Positions 36,176 to 46,132 of a stretch of DNA of 64,000 nt are shown piece after piece. Location of the stretch: the NCBI GenBank assembly GCA_963555825.3, contig CAUVXB020000001.1:1056001-1120000 (forward strand), in the 5' to 3' direction. This DNA is from Alphaproteobacteria bacterium (lineage in GTDB: Bacteria; Pseudomonadota; Alphaproteobacteria; JAAXGF01). How positions within the stretch are numbered: the stretch's first letter is position 1; every line of letters starts with the position of its first letter. Under the pieces are notes generated by a model. It was not told the DNA's origin and did not search any database. It was given only the letters and a program-made list of their open reading frames with translations. Position numbers and translations under genes: made by a program.

Positions 36176-36439
36176 TCATGCGAATAGTATGCTTGCAATC
36201 ACCATTACCGAGCCGGTGATCCCCAGCAGCACATTGATCAATGTCAGGATTTCCTTCCAGAGTGAGGGCTTTGGCGGAGGTTCGGGCTTTGGTTCCCGAT
36301 GCTGGGTCACGTCGCCGTGGACGTCGCCCATGACGACGACGCCCGAGATATCCCGCGCCTTGACCTTTCGGCCGACGTTGATCGCGAGAACGACGAGCAC
36401 GATCAGCCCGGCCCACAACAGGAGATTATTCTCCAGCAT
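36176..36439 (-). CDS. 87-aa two-TM protein with central amyloid-like motif; candidate effector of the adjacent NLR
   Basis: G-rich RBS; hydrophobic runs at aa ~6-22 and ~63-86; motif at aa 27-46; Pro-rich linker; stop 4 nt before the NLR ATG. Confidence 0.8.
   Translation of the reverse strand: MLENNLLLWAGLIVLVVLAINVGRKVKARDISGVVVMGDVHGDVTQHREPKPEPPPKPSLWKEILTLINVLLGITGSVMVIASILFA
36302..36361 (-). repeat. Shared 20-aa motif, copy in the small TM protein (KARDISGVVVMGDVHGDVTQ)
   Basis: See 36067-36126. Confidence 0.9.
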
Positions 36440-36470
36440 GTTGGGATTCCCCCCTACGATTGCGCGGCAA

Positions 36471-36479
36471 AGTTTAGCA
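36471..36479 (-). promoter_or_regulatory. Possible extended -10 element (TGCTAAACT) for the cassette
   Basis: TGnTAnnnT pattern ~30 nt upstream of ATG 36439. Confidence 0.35.
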
Positions 36480-36490
36480 GGGAATGGGGT

Positions 36491-36535
36491 GCGGGGCGAA
36501 GCCCCGCGAAATTGGAGCGCGAGGCGAAGCCTCGC
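36491..36535. repeat. Tandem 7-bp-stem GAA-loop hairpins (REP-like)
   Basis: GCGGGGC-GAA-GCCCCGC 36491-36507 and GCGAGGC-GAA-GCCTCGC 36519-36535. Confidence 0.7.
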
Positions 36536-36550
36536 TTGGCTTCGGTCGCC

Positions 36551-37459
36551 CTACCTCGGAAACTCCAGCCCCAGGTCGCGGTAGCGGGCCGGGTCGTCGG
36601 CCCATTTGGGGGCGACCTTGACGTGGAGGAAGAGGTGGACGCGGCGCTCCAGCGAGGCCTCGAGGTCTTCGCGCGCGGCTGAGCCGACCGCCTTGATCAG
36701 GCGGCCGCCCTTGCCGAGCACCATCGGCTTGTGGTTTTCGCGAGCGATGTAGATGATCTGGTCGATGCGCACCGAGCCGTCCTTGCGCTCGTCCCAGTTC
36801 TCGGTCTCGACGGTGAGCCCATAGGGCAGTTCCTGGTGCAGGCGCAGGAACAGCTTCTCGCGGGTCGTTTCGGCGGCCAGCAGGCGCAGCGGCATGTCGG
36901 AGATCTGGTCTTCGGGATAGTGCCAGGGGCCGGCCGGCACCCGCGCGGCGAAGAAGTCGCGCAGGTCGTCGATGCCGTCGCCGTCGAGCGCCGAGATCAT
37001 GAAGGTGTCGGTGAAGACGCCGGTCGCGTCGAGCTCGGCCGTCAGCGGCAGCAGGGCGGCGCGCTTGACCAGGTCGATCTTGTTGAGCGCCGCGATCGCC
37101 CGACGCCCGCGCCGCTTCAGGCCGTCGATGATGCGCTGGGCGTCGGAGTCGATGCCGCGTTTGGCGTCGATCAGCACGACGACGATGTCGGCGTCGCGCG
37201 CGCCGCCCCAGGCGGCGTCGACCATGGCCCGGTCGAGGCGGCGGACGGGCTGAAAGATGCCCGGCGTGTCGATGAAGACGAGCTGGGCGTCGCCCGCCAT
37301 GGCAATCCCTGTTACCCGGGTCCGCGTGGTCTGCACCTTAGGTGTGACGATCGAGACCTTGCCGCCGACCAGCGCGTTCAAGAGCGTCGACTTGCCGGCG
37401 TTTGGCGCGCCGACCAGCGCGATGAAGCCGCAGCGCGTATTCGTTGCTTCGGTGTTCAT
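36551..37459 (-). CDS. era: GTPase Era
   Basis: GAPNAGKS, QTTR, DTPG, NKID, KH domain VLGKGG. Confidence 0.97.
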   Translation of the reverse strand: MNTEATNTRCGFIALVGAPNAGKSTLLNALVGGKVSIVTPKVQTTRTRVTGIAMAGDAQLVFIDTPGIFQPVRRLDRAMVDAAWGGARDADIVVVLIDAKRGIDSDAQRIIDGLKRRGRRAIAALNKIDLVKRAALLPLTAELDATGVFTDTFMISALDGDGIDDLRDFFAARVPAGPWHYPEDQISDMPLRLLAAETTREKLFLRLHQELPYGLTVETENWDERKDGSVRIDQIIYIARENHKPMVLGKGGRLIKAVGSAAREDLEASLERRVHLFLHVKVAPKWADDPARYRDLGLEFPR

Positions 37460-38145
37460 TCCTCGCCCCTGACGCGCGCCATCAGCACGGCCGCGGCGGC
37501 CTGCTCGGCGCTGCGTTTCGAGGCGCCGGAGGCGCTCGCCGGCGCATGCCCCTCGACGCGCACCTCGATCTCGAATGTCGGACTGTGCGCCGGCCCCTCG
37601 GTGCTCACCGTGGCGTAGCGCGGCAGGGCGAGGCCGTTCGCCTGGGCCCATTCCTGCAGCGCGGTCTTGGCGTCCTTTGGCGGTCCCTCGGCGGCGCGCA
37701 TGGCGGGCGCCAAATGGCGCCGGACGAAGCGCTCGGCGATGGCCAGGCCGCCGTCGAGGTAGAGCGCGCCGATCACCGCCTCGAGGGCGTCGGCGAGGGT
37801 CGCCGGGTTCTCGCGCCCGCCGGTCTCGGCCTCGCCCCGGGTCATCTCGATGACCGCCGCGAGGCCGATGCCGTCGGCGATCGCGGCCAGCGATTCGCGC
37901 CGCACCAGGCTGGTGAAGCGGAGCGCCAGCGCGCCCTCGTCCTCGTCGGGGAACGCCGCCAAAAGCATGTCGGCGACGACCAGGCCGAGCACCCGGTCGC
38001 CGAGGAATTCGAGGCGCTCGTAACCGTGACCGCGGCCACTCGCGCTCGGGTGCGTCAGCGCCTCGGCCAGCAGGGCTGGGCGCGCGAAGTCATGCTCGAC
38101 GATGGCGGCGGCGGCGGCCATGCGGTCGGCGTCGTCCGAGTTCAA
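37456..38145 (-). CDS. rnc: Ribonuclease III
   Basis: ERLEFLGDRVLG signature, C-terminal dsRBD; start TTG 38145 or ATG 38121. Confidence 0.97.
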   Translation of the reverse strand: MNSDDADRMAAAAAIVEHDFARPALLAEALTHPSASGRGHGYERLEFLGDRVLGLVVADMLLAAFPDEDEGALALRFTSLVRRESLAAIADGIGLAAVIEMTRGEAETGGRENPATLADALEAVIGALYLDGGLAIAERFVRRHLAPAMRAAEGPPKDAKTALQEWAQANGLALPRYATVSTEGPAHSPTFEIEVRVEGHAPASASGASKRSAEQAAAAVLMARVRGEE

Positions 38146-38864
38146 TCGATGCCCCGGAAGAAGCGGCCGAAGCGCCAGTCCCACGCCTCCCATATATTCG
38201 TCTCTTTCCCGATCGAGAAGAACGTCACCTCGGCGCGGCCGATCAGGTTCTCGGCGGGCACGAAACCGACCGAGGCGCGGCTGTCGGACGAGTTGTCGCG
38301 GTTATCGCCCATGGCGAAGTAATGGCCCTCGGGCACGACATACTCAATGGTGTTGTCGAGCGAGCCGGTCGGCCGCTCGTCGAGCACGCGGTAGCTGACG
38401 CCGTTGGGCAGGGTCTCGACATATTGGGTAATCTGACGGCTATTGCCGGCATAGCCCGGCTCGACGAAATCCTCGATTTGTTCGCGGGGCACCGGCTCGC
38501 CGTTGATGTGCAACACGCCGCCGATGACCTGAATACGGTCGCCGGGCAGACCGACGAGGCGCTTGATGTAATCGATCGAGGTGTCGCGCGGCAGCCGGAA
38601 GACGACGACGTCGCCGCGTTCCGGCTCGGAGAACCAGAAGCGGTCCGACAGGGGGATGACACCCCAGGGGAAGGAGAAGCGGCTGTAGCCGTATGAGAAT
38701 TTGGCGACGAACAGATAGTCGCCGACCAGCAGCGTCGGGATCATCGAACCCGAAGGAATGTTGAACGGCTCGTAGCCGAAGGCGCGCACGACGAGAGCGA
38801 TCAAGACAGCGAAAACCACCGTCTTTATCGTCTCCATCCAGCCCGCCAATCTTTTTGAAATCAT
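38142..38864 (-). CDS. lepB: Signal peptidase I
   Basis: IPSGSMIPTL, YIKRLVG, GDNRDNSSDSR. Confidence 0.97.
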   Translation of the reverse strand: MISKRLAGWMETIKTVVFAVLIALVVRAFGYEPFNIPSGSMIPTLLVGDYLFVAKFSYGYSRFSFPWGVIPLSDRFWFSEPERGDVVVFRLPRDTSIDYIKRLVGLPGDRIQVIGGVLHINGEPVPREQIEDFVEPGYAGNSRQITQYVETLPNGVSYRVLDERPTGSLDNTIEYVVPEGHYFAMGDNRDNSSDSRASVGFVPAENLIGRAEVTFFSIGKETNIWEAWDWRFGRFFRGID

Positions 38865-38922
38865 TGTAATTTCTATCCTGTAGGGTCGCGTCGGCTCGAA
38901 CACGAAACGGCGAGACACGCGG

Positions 38923-39330
38923 TCATTCGGATGGCGTCGGTTCGGCGGAAATTAGCACGATAGCCTGCGCAATCGGGTGGTCGTCGGTGATCGTGAGGTC
39001 GATCTGGGCGGTCATGCCGGGCGGCGTAATCTCGGCCAGACGCGCCGCCGCGCCACCGGTCAACGCCATGGTCGGCTTGCCCGACGGCAGGTTGACGACG
39101 CCGAGGTCGCGCCAGAAGACGCCGCGCCGAAAGCCCGTGCCGAGCGCCTTGGAACAGGCTTCCTTGGCGGCGAAACGTTTGGCGTAGCTCGCCGCGCGTT
39201 GCGCGCGCCGGTCGCTCATTTGCTTCTCGACCTCGGTGAAGATGCGGTCGATGAAGCGCTCGCCGAAACGCTCCAACGTGCCCTCGATCCGACGGATATC
39301 GATGATGTCGTTGCCGATCCCGAGGATCAT
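38923..39330 (-). CDS. acpS: Holo-ACP synthase
   Basis: [22 protein letters not shown]. Confidence 0.96.
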   Translation of the reverse strand: MILGIGNDIIDIRRIEGTLERFGERFIDRIFTEVEKQMSDRRAQRAASYAKRFAAKEACSKALGTGFRRGVFWRDLGVVNLPSGKPTMALTGGAAARLAEITPPGMTAQIDLTITDDHPIAQAIVLISAEPTPSE

Positions 39331-39354
39331 CGCGAGCCGAACCGCGCCGCCGAC

Positions 39355-40113
39355 TCAGGCACTGCGCGCGCCATGGGCGTCGGCGCGCGCTTTGTCCATG
39401 ATCGCGCGCATGCGCTTGATCGCGCTGTCGAGGCCCGAAAAGATCGCCTCGCCGACCAGATAATGGCCGATATTGAGCTCGACGATCGAGGTGATCGCGG
39501 CGACCGGCCCGACGGAGTCATAGGTCAGACCGTGACCGGCATGACATTCGAGCCCGAGTCGTTCGGCCTCGGCCGCGGCGGTGACGACGCGCTCGAACTC
39601 GGCGCCGCGATCGGCGCCGTCGGGCGCGTCGCAATAGGCGCCGGTGTGCAGCTCGACGACCGGTGCGCCGAGCGCCTTGGCGGCGTGGAGCTGCGCGGGA
39701 TCGGGATCGATGAACAGCGAGACACGGCTGCCCGCGGTACTGAGGCGATCGACATAAGGCGCCAGATAGTCATAGCCTCCGACCACGTCAAGGCCACCTT
39801 CGGTCGTCACCTCGGCGCGTTTTTCGGGAACCAGGCAGGCCGCGTGGGGGCCGTGGCGCAAAGCGATATCTAGCATTTCGTCGGTCGCCGCCATTTCGAA
39901 GTTGAGCGGCAGGTCGATCTCGCGGATCAAGCGCTCGATGTCGTCGTCCGAGATGTGGCGACGGTCCTCGCGCAGATGCGCGGTAATGCCGTCGGCCCCG
40001 GCGGCGGCGGCGACGCGCGCGGCACGCACCGGATCGGGGTGGCCACCGCCGCGGGCATTGCGAATGGTTGCGACATGATCGATGTTGACGCCGAGACGGA
40101 GCTTTTCGCTCAT
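39355..40113 (-). CDS. pdxJ: Pyridoxine 5'-phosphate synthase
   Basis: [36 protein letters not shown]. Confidence 0.97.
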   Translation of the reverse strand: MSEKLRLGVNIDHVATIRNARGGGHPDPVRAARVAAAAGADGITAHLREDRRHISDDDIERLIREIDLPLNFEMAATDEMLDIALRHGPHAACLVPEKRAEVTTEGGLDVVGGYDYLAPYVDRLSTAGSRVSLFIDPDPAQLHAAKALGAPVVELHTGAYCDAPDGADRGAEFERVVTAAAEAERLGLECHAGHGLTYDSVGPVAAITSIVELNIGHYLVGEAIFSGLDSAIKRMRAIMDKARADAHGARSA

Positions 40114-40706
40114 GTCTTTCCTGCCCTTCTCGCAGCGGGCCGCGCGTCCCGCCGCCGGCCCCGTACGTCCTTGCCCTGCGCCAGACGCTTGGCCATGCGG
40201 CGGCTGCGCAATTCATGATACTTGGTGACGATACTCAGCACCGGCCAATATGTCACCGTCCAGGCGACCAGGGCGGCCGGCACCGCGCCAACGGCCATGG
40301 GCAAAAGCACCGCGGTCGGGTTGTCGACGATATACGTCAACGTGAGCCCGTCGGGAAGGGTCGCCGAAACGTCCCAGCCGAGAATCAACGTGCCCAACCG
40401 GTAGATGCCGATCCAGATAAACGGAAACGTCCACGGGTTCCCCGCCGCCGTGCCGATCGCCGAGGCGATGATGCTGCCACCGATCAACCAAGCCACCAGC
40501 GCCGCCAGTATGAAATGCAAACCGATCAACGGTGTGAATGACGCGGCCACGCCGCAGGCGACACCGGCGGCGATGCTCTGTGGTGTCCCCGGCAGACGGT
40601 TGATGCGGTGGCTCATGTAGGCGAACGCGCGCCGCCATCCCGATCGCGGCCAGACGAAGCCGCGCGCACGGTCCCAGTAGGTGCGCTGCGCCCGGCGCTT
40701 GAACAT
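40110..40706 (-). CDS. DUF2062-like membrane protein
   Basis: [20 protein letters not shown]; conserved position between pyrE and pdxJ. Confidence 0.8.
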   Translation of the reverse strand: MFKRRAQRTYWDRARGFVWPRSGWRRAFAYMSHRINRLPGTPQSIAAGVACGVAASFTPLIGLHFILAALVAWLIGGSIIASAIGTAAGNPWTFPFIWIGIYRLGTLILGWDVSATLPDGLTLTYIVDNPTAVLLPMAVGAVPAALVAWTVTYWPVLSIVTKYHELRSRRMAKRLAQGKDVRGRRRDARPAARRAGKT

Positions 40707-40716
40707 CGTCGATCGC

Positions 40717-41331
40717 CTAGACTGCCTGGCGGCTGCCGGGCTTGACGGCCGGCAGCGCGGCGAGTTCCGGTGGCAACGCGTCGGCCTGGTATACCGGAAC
40801 CTTGAGGCCCGCCAGCGCGATCAGCGGTACGCCCAGATCGACGTCGCCGTCGCTGCGGTCGATCAGGCAGCTCGCCGCGACCACCCGAGCGCCATACGCC
40901 TCGATGCAGTCGATGCACTCGCGCGACGACTTTCCCGTGGTGACGACGTCTTCGGCCATCAGCACGCGCGCGCCGGCCATTAATTCGAAGCCGCGCCGCA
41001 GCGCATGCACGCCATCGACACGTTCCGAGAAGACCGCCGGCAGGCCCAACTGGCGCCCGACTTCGTAACCGACGATGACGCCGCCCATGGCCGGTGAAAC
41101 CACGATGTCGAGCGCGTCCTCACCGAGCCGGGCGGTAATCGCCACGGCAAGCGTATGGCATAGGCGCGCGCCACGGTCGGCATCCATCATGACTCGGGCG
41201 CATTGCAGGTAGGTCGGACTGCGCAGTCCCGAGGACAGGATGAAATGACCTTCGAGCAGGGCGCCCGCCGCGCGAAATTCAGCCAGCACCGCCTCGCGCG
41301 TCATCGTCGTCCCGGTGTTCATCTGCGTCAT
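40717..41331 (-). CDS. pyrE: Orotate phosphoribosyltransferase
   Basis: [19 protein letters not shown]-binding motif. Confidence 0.95.
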   Translation of the reverse strand: MTQMNTGTTMTREAVLAEFRAAGALLEGHFILSSGLRSPTYLQCARVMMDADRGARLCHTLAVAITARLGEDALDIVVSPAMGGVIVGYEVGRQLGLPAVFSERVDGVHALRRGFELMAGARVLMAEDVVTTGKSSRECIDCIEAYGARVVAASCLIDRSDGDVDLGVPLIALAGLKVPVYQADALPPELAALPAVKPGSRQAV

Positions 41332-41342
41332 GATCCTTGGTA

Positions 41343-43493
41343 TTAGTTGCGTGCCCGTTCAACCGTACTGATCGCCGCCGTCGCGCGCAACGCGGCGATG
41401 ATGTTGGTCAGGTGCTTGACGTCGTTGACCTCGACGTCGACAAGCATTTCGAAGAAGTCGAGCGAGCGATTGGTGATCTTGAGATTGTTGATGTTGCCGA
41501 GGTTCTTGGCGATCACCGTCGACATGGAGCCCAGACTACCCGGCTCGTTGGCCATGACGACGCTGAGCCGGCCGACGTGGGTCTCGGGGTTGTTGGGATC
41601 GGTATCCCACGACACGTCGAGCCAGCGCTCGGGCGTATCGGAGAACGAATCGAGGGTTTCGCAGTCGATCGTGTGAATCGTAACGCCCTTGCCCGTCGTA
41701 ACGATGCCGACGATTCGGTCGCCGGGTAGCGGGTGACAGCAGCCGGCGAAGTTGATCGCCATGCCCGGAATCAACCCGCGAATCGGCACTGCGTTCTTGC
41801 CCGTCTTGGCCGTTTTCGACCGTCGGCGGGCCGGCGACGGCGCGCGGGCGCGCTTGAGTTTGGTGTCGGGCAGCGCCTCCTTGATGACTTGGCGGCTGGT
41901 GATCGTCCCCTCGCCGACCGCGGTGTAGAGGTCGTCGACCGTCTTGAACCGGAGCTGGGGCAGCGCCTTTACGATGCGCTTCTCGGAGAACCGCGTTTCG
42001 ACCTCGCGAAACGCCTTCTGCATGATCGTCTTGCCGAGGTCGTGGTATTGCGCGCGGCGTTGCAGCCTGACGAAACGACGGATGTGGCTGCGCGCCTTGC
42101 CGGTAACGACAAAGCGCTCCCAGGTCGGCGACGGCGTCTGCGTTTTCGAGCACATGATCTCGACCTGGTCGCCGTTCTGCAGCTCGGTTCGCAACGGCTT
42201 CATGCGGCCGTTGATCTTGGCGCCGACGCATGTATCGCCGATCTCGGAATGGACTGCGTAGGCGAAGTCGACCGGCGTCGCGCCAGCCGGCAGCGCGATC
42301 AGATCGCCCTTGGGCGAGAAACAGAAGACCTGGTCGGGGAACATTTCGAGCTTGGTGTGCTCGAGGAACTCCTCGGGCCCCGCCGCGTGGTCGAGAATCT
42401 CGAGCAGCTCGCGGATCCATCGGTATTGGCGCCCTTCGCGCGACGTCAGCTTGCCGTCGGAGCGCTTGTAATGCCAGTGCGCGGCGACGCCGTACTCGGC
42501 GAACTCCTGCATCTCCTTGGTGCGGATCTGGATCTCGATGCGCATATTCTCGGGCCCAATCACCGCCGTGTGCAGGGATTGGTATCCGTTCGGCTTGGGC
42601 GTCGAGATGTGGTCCTTGAAGCGGCCCGGCACCATCGGATAGGCGGCGTGCACGACGCCCAACGTGGCGTAACACTGCTCGACGGTGTCGACGACGATGC
42701 GGAACGCGACGATGTCGGATAGCTGTTCGAACTCGACGTTCTTGCGCTCCATCTTGCGCCAGATCGAATAGGGCTGCTTTTCGCGCCCCGAGACCTCGGC
42801 CTCGATACCGGCCTTGGCGAGCGTCCGCTTGAGTTCCTTGATGATGCGCGGCACTTGAGTACCGCCTTCTTTGCGTAGGAATTCGAGGCGGGCGTTGAGC
42901 GATTCATGTGCCTGCGGATTAAGCTCGATGAACGACAGGTCCTCGAGCTCGTCCTTGATTTCACGCGTGCCGATGCGTTCGGCGAGGGGCGCGAAGATGT
43001 CCATCGTCTCGTTCGCGACGCGCCAGCGCTTGGTCTCGTCTTTGACGAAGTGCAGCGTACGCATGTTGTGCAAACGGTCGGCCAGTTTGACTAGCAAGAC
43101 GCGGATGTCCTCGGACATCGCGAGCAGCAACTTGCGGAAGTTCTCGGCCTGCCTGGTCTGATCGGACTGCAGTTCGAGGCGGGTAAGCTTGGTGACGCCG
43201 TCGACCAGGCGCGCGATCCCCTCGCCGAACATCGAATCAATTTCGTCGAGCGTGACGTCGGTGTCTTCGATGGTGTCGTGCAGCAGCGCGGTGATGATGG
43301 TGGCGGTGTCGAGCCGCATGCCGGTGAGAATACCGGCCACCTCGAGGGGATGCGAAAAATAGAGATCACCGGATGCGCGCTTTTGCGAGCCGTGCGCCTT
43401 CATCGCGAAAACGTAGGCACGGTTGAGCGCATCCTCGTCGGCTGTGGGGTCGTACGCCTTGACCCGTTCGACGAGTTCGTACTGGCGAATCAA
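41343..43493 (-). CDS. spoT: Bifunctional (p)ppGpp synthase/hydrolase Rsh
   Basis: HD domain [35 protein letters not shown] and ACT domains. Confidence 0.96.
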   Translation of the reverse strand: MIRQYELVERVKAYDPTADEDALNRAYVFAMKAHGSQKRASGDLYFSHPLEVAGILTGMRLDTATIITALLHDTIEDTDVTLDEIDSMFGEGIARLVDGVTKLTRLELQSDQTRQAENFRKLLLAMSEDIRVLLVKLADRLHNMRTLHFVKDETKRWRVANETMDIFAPLAERIGTREIKDELEDLSFIELNPQAHESLNARLEFLRKEGGTQVPRIIKELKRTLAKAGIEAEVSGREKQPYSIWRKMERKNVEFEQLSDIVAFRIVVDTVEQCYATLGVVHAAYPMVPGRFKDHISTPKPNGYQSLHTAVIGPENMRIEIQIRTKEMQEFAEYGVAAHWHYKRSDGKLTSREGRQYRWIRELLEILDHAAGPEEFLEHTKLEMFPDQVFCFSPKGDLIALPAGATPVDFAYAVHSEIGDTCVGAKINGRMKPLRTELQNGDQVEIMCSKTQTPSPTWERFVVTGKARSHIRRFVRLQRRAQYHDLGKTIMQKAFREVETRFSEKRIVKALPQLRFKTVDDLYTAVGEGTITSRQVIKEALPDTKLKRARAPSPARRRSKTAKTGKNAVPIRGLIPGMAINFAGCCHPLPGDRIVGIVTTGKGVTIHTIDCETLDSFSDTPERWLDVSWDTDPNNPETHVGRLSVVMANEPGSLGSMSTVIAKNLGNINNLKITNRSLDFFEMLVDVEVNDVKHLTNIIAALRATAAISTVERARN

Positions 43494-43591
43494 AGGCTAT
43501 ACCAACCGGCTATTGCCCGGCCGCTCTATAGCCGTGCTGCCGTCGATCCGCCTCCGGGCCGATTTGCCGCCGCAGGGCGCTGATACGCGCG

Positions 43592-44131
43592 CTATCCGTT
43601 GCCTTTGGCGGCATCCTCGGAATCCTCGGCGAGCGCCTTCAACATTTCCTCGGCGAGATCGCTGTCGACGTTTTCGAGGTTCACGTCGCCATCCGCCATC
43701 TCGGCGTCTTCCGTGGCGACCGATTCGACAGCGGATTGCGCCGCGGCCGGCTCACTATCGCCTTGCGGTTGCTTGTCGGTGCTGGCGGCTGGCTGTTGCT
43801 TGTCGGTGCTGGCGGCTGGCTGTTGCTCGTCGGTGTTGACGCCGGCCCACTCTTTTTCGGCCGCCGCCAGGATGGCCACGCTGTCGTCTTCGGGCTCGTC
43901 GACCTCGACATGCCGCTGCAGGCTCGAGATCAACATCTGCCTCAATTCATCGGTCTGAATCGTTTCCTCGGCGATCTCGCGCAGCGCGATCACCGGGTTC
44001 TTGTCGTTCTCGCGCTCCAGTGTGGGCTGGGCACCCGACGACAGTTCGCGCCCACGCTGGGTCGCGAGCAGCACGAGCTCGAACCGATTCGGAACCTTGG
44101 TGACGCAATCCTCAACGGTAACGCGGGCCAT
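43592..44131 (-). CDS. rpoZ: RNA polymerase omega subunit with extended acidic C-tail
   Basis: [29 protein letters not shown]. Confidence 0.95.
   Translation of the reverse strand: MARVTVEDCVTKVPNRFELVLLATQRGRELSSGAQPTLERENDKNPVIALREIAEETIQTDELRQMLISSLQRHVEVDEPEDDSVAILAAAEKEWAGVNTDEQQPAASTDKQQPAASTDKQPQGDSEPAAAQSAVESVATEDAEMADGDVNLENVDSDLAEEMLKALAEDSEDAAKGNG
43768..43835. repeat. 27-bp in-frame tandem repeat (~2.5 copies) in rpoZ
   Basis: GTTGCTTGTCGGTGCTGGCGGCTGGCT x2 plus a partial copy; encodes STDKQQPAA. Confidence 0.9.
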
Positions 44132-44244
44132 ACAACTCTCTCCGATATCAGCTATCCAATTTGGCCATGTAGTAACTTGGGCGTAATTTTAAAGCAAGAA
44201 CTCAAAACCAGCCGGCCAATCGATGCAGTGGTGTTCGGAATTAA

Positions 44245-44757
44245 CTATCGAAGCGTTTCGACGGAAATATCCGACGGCAACGCCTTGATCAACTCATCGA
44301 CCGTACGGCCGAGCACCGGGTGGCGCCAGTCGGGCGCGACATCGGCCAGCGGCAGGAGCACGAAGGCGCGCTCATGCAGCCTCGGATGCGGCAGTTCCAG
44401 CGCCGAGGTCGCGCAAACAGTGCCCCGGTAGGTGAGCAGGTCGAGATCGATGACCCGAGCCGCCCAGCGCTCGCCGCGTGTCCGCCCGAGACGCATTTCG
44501 ATATCGAGCAGTCGCGTCAACAGGGCATCGGCGGCGAGCGCGGTCACGACCGAAACCACGCCGTTGACGAACCATGGTTGGGACGATGCCGGCACCGGCG
44601 CGCTGCGGTACCAGCGGGAGCATCGGTCGACCGTGATTCCCCGGTCGCCCATCATGGCAATCGCGGCCTCGCAGGTATCGCGCGGGCCGCCGGCGTCCGA
44701 CGGCAGGTTCGCCCCCAGCGCGATCAGCACCAGATCATCGTTCGTCGCGCGAGACAC
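44245..44757 (-). CDS. folK: HPPK (folate synthesis)
   Basis: IALGANL, FVNGV, RVIDLDLL, LPHPRLHERAFVL.PL. Confidence 0.95.
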   Translation of the reverse strand: MSRATNDDLVLIALGANLPSDAGGPRDTCEAAIAMMGDRGITVDRCSRWYRSAPVPASSQPWFVNGVVSVVTALAADALLTRLLDIEMRLGRTRGERWAARVIDLDLLTYRGTVCATSALELPHPRLHERAFVLLPLADVAPDWRHPVLGRTVDELIKALPSDISVETLR

Positions 44758-44887
44758 TCTTGTCGTCCCTTCCCAAAGGCCTTAAATATCCCGCTGTCAG
44801 TATCGCGACAAATGGAACTTGTTCGTCATTGGAAAACTTGCGCCGCTGGATATTTAGCGGCCAATTTCAAATTAGGGAATTAAGTCA

Positions 44888-45451
44888 ATGAGCAGTTACT
44901 CGCAAGAGCGGATCGGTTTATTCATCGACGGTGCCAACCTGTATGCCGCCGCCCGCGCCCTGGGCATCGACATGGACTACAAGCTGCTGCTGGACGAATT
45001 CGCCTCGCAGGGGCGTCTCATCCGCGCGTTCTATTACACCGCCATGATCGAAGATCAAGAGTACTCGCCGATCCGGCCCCTGGTCGATTGGCTCGACTAC
45101 AACGGTTACACCATGGTCACCAAGCCGACCAAGGAATTCACCGACGCCGCCGGTCGGCGCAAGATCAAGGGCAATATGGACATCGAGCTGGCCATCGACA
45201 TGCTGGAGATGGCCGACCATCTCGATCACGTCGTGCTGTTCTCGGGCGATGGCGATTTTCGCCGGCTGGTCGAGGCGATCCAGCGCCGCGGCGTGCGCGT
45301 CACGGTCGTCAGCACACTGCAGTCGCAACCGCCGATGGTCGCCGACGAACTGCGCCGTCAGGCCGATCGCTTCATCGATCTCTACGATCTGGCGCCGAAA
45401 ATCGCCCGCCAGCAGTCACGCGAAGAGGCCACCGTTATCGCGCGCGATTGA
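44888..45451 (+). CDS. NYN-domain protein (LabA/DUF88)
   Basis: FIDGANL, KGNMDIELAID, SGDGDF, LRRQADRF. Confidence 0.92.
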   Translation: MSSYSQERIGLFIDGANLYAAARALGIDMDYKLLLDEFASQGRLIRAFYYTAMIEDQEYSPIRPLVDWLDYNGYTMVTKPTKEFTDAAGRRKIKGNMDIELAIDMLEMADHLDHVVLFSGDGDFRRLVEAIQRRGVRVTVVSTLQSQPPMVADELRRQADRFIDLYDLAPKIARQQSREEATVIARD

Positions 45452-45487
45452 CGGTCGCGGCGACATTCGTCGCATGACCACAGTCGC

Positions 45488-46132
45488 ATGACAGCACTGG
45501 CGCCCGGGCGCGACTGCCCGCTGTGCCCGCGCCTCGTCGCCTATCGCGAGACGGCGCGCCGCGCCAACCCCGATTGGCACAATGCGCCGGTCGCAACGTT
45601 CGGTCCCACCGATGCGCGTCTGCTCATCGTCGGGCTCGCGCCCGGCATGCGCGGCGCCAATCGCACCGGCCGGCCATTCACTGGAGATTTCGCCGGCGAC
45701 CTCTTATACGAGACATTGAAGGCGCATGGTTTCGCGACCGGCGCATATGCGCGACATGCCGACGATGGCCTCCAACTCGTCGACTGCCGCATCACCAACG
45801 CGGTACGTTGCGTGCCGCCCGAAAACAAACCGATCGGCGCCGAGGCCGCCGCCTGCCGGCCCTTCCTGACGGCCGAGATCGCGGCGCTCGGGCAGCTCGA
45901 AATCATCCTCGCGCTCGGCACCGTGGCCCATGGCGGCGTGTTGCGCGCGATGGGTTTCACTGCGGCGTCGCAGCCGTTTCGCCACGGCGCCCTGCACGCC
46001 CTGCCCAATGGCCTCGTGCTCGCCGACAGCTACCACTGCTCACGATACAACACCAATACAGGGCGCCTGACACCGGCTATGTTCGATCAAGTCTTCGGCG
46101 CCATCCGCCAACGCCTCGACGCACCAATCTAG
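45488..46132 (+). CDS. Uracil-DNA glycosylase (family 5-like, Fe-S)
   Basis: CPLCPRL, GLAPG..GANRTGRPFTGD, RCVPPENKP, SYHCS. Confidence 0.9.
   Translation: MTALAPGRDCPLCPRLVAYRETARRANPDWHNAPVATFGPTDARLLIVGLAPGMRGANRTGRPFTGDFAGDLLYETLKAHGFATGAYARHADDGLQLVDCRITNAVRCVPPENKPIGAEAAACRPFLTAEIAALGQLEIILALGTVAHGGVLRAMGFTAASQPFRHGALHALPNGLVLADSYHCSRYNTNTGRLTPAMFDQVFGAIRQRLDAPI

Noticed and set aside
36067-36361. Motif pair as a DGR template/variable repeat or simple DNA duplication
   Set aside because: Differences are mostly synonymous third positions and not adenine-specific; no reverse transcriptase in the window
44888-46132. NYN nuclease plus UDG as a defence or toxin module
   Set aside because: This pair next to folK-rpoZ-rsh and smpB-dapA is common alphaproteobacterial core synteny
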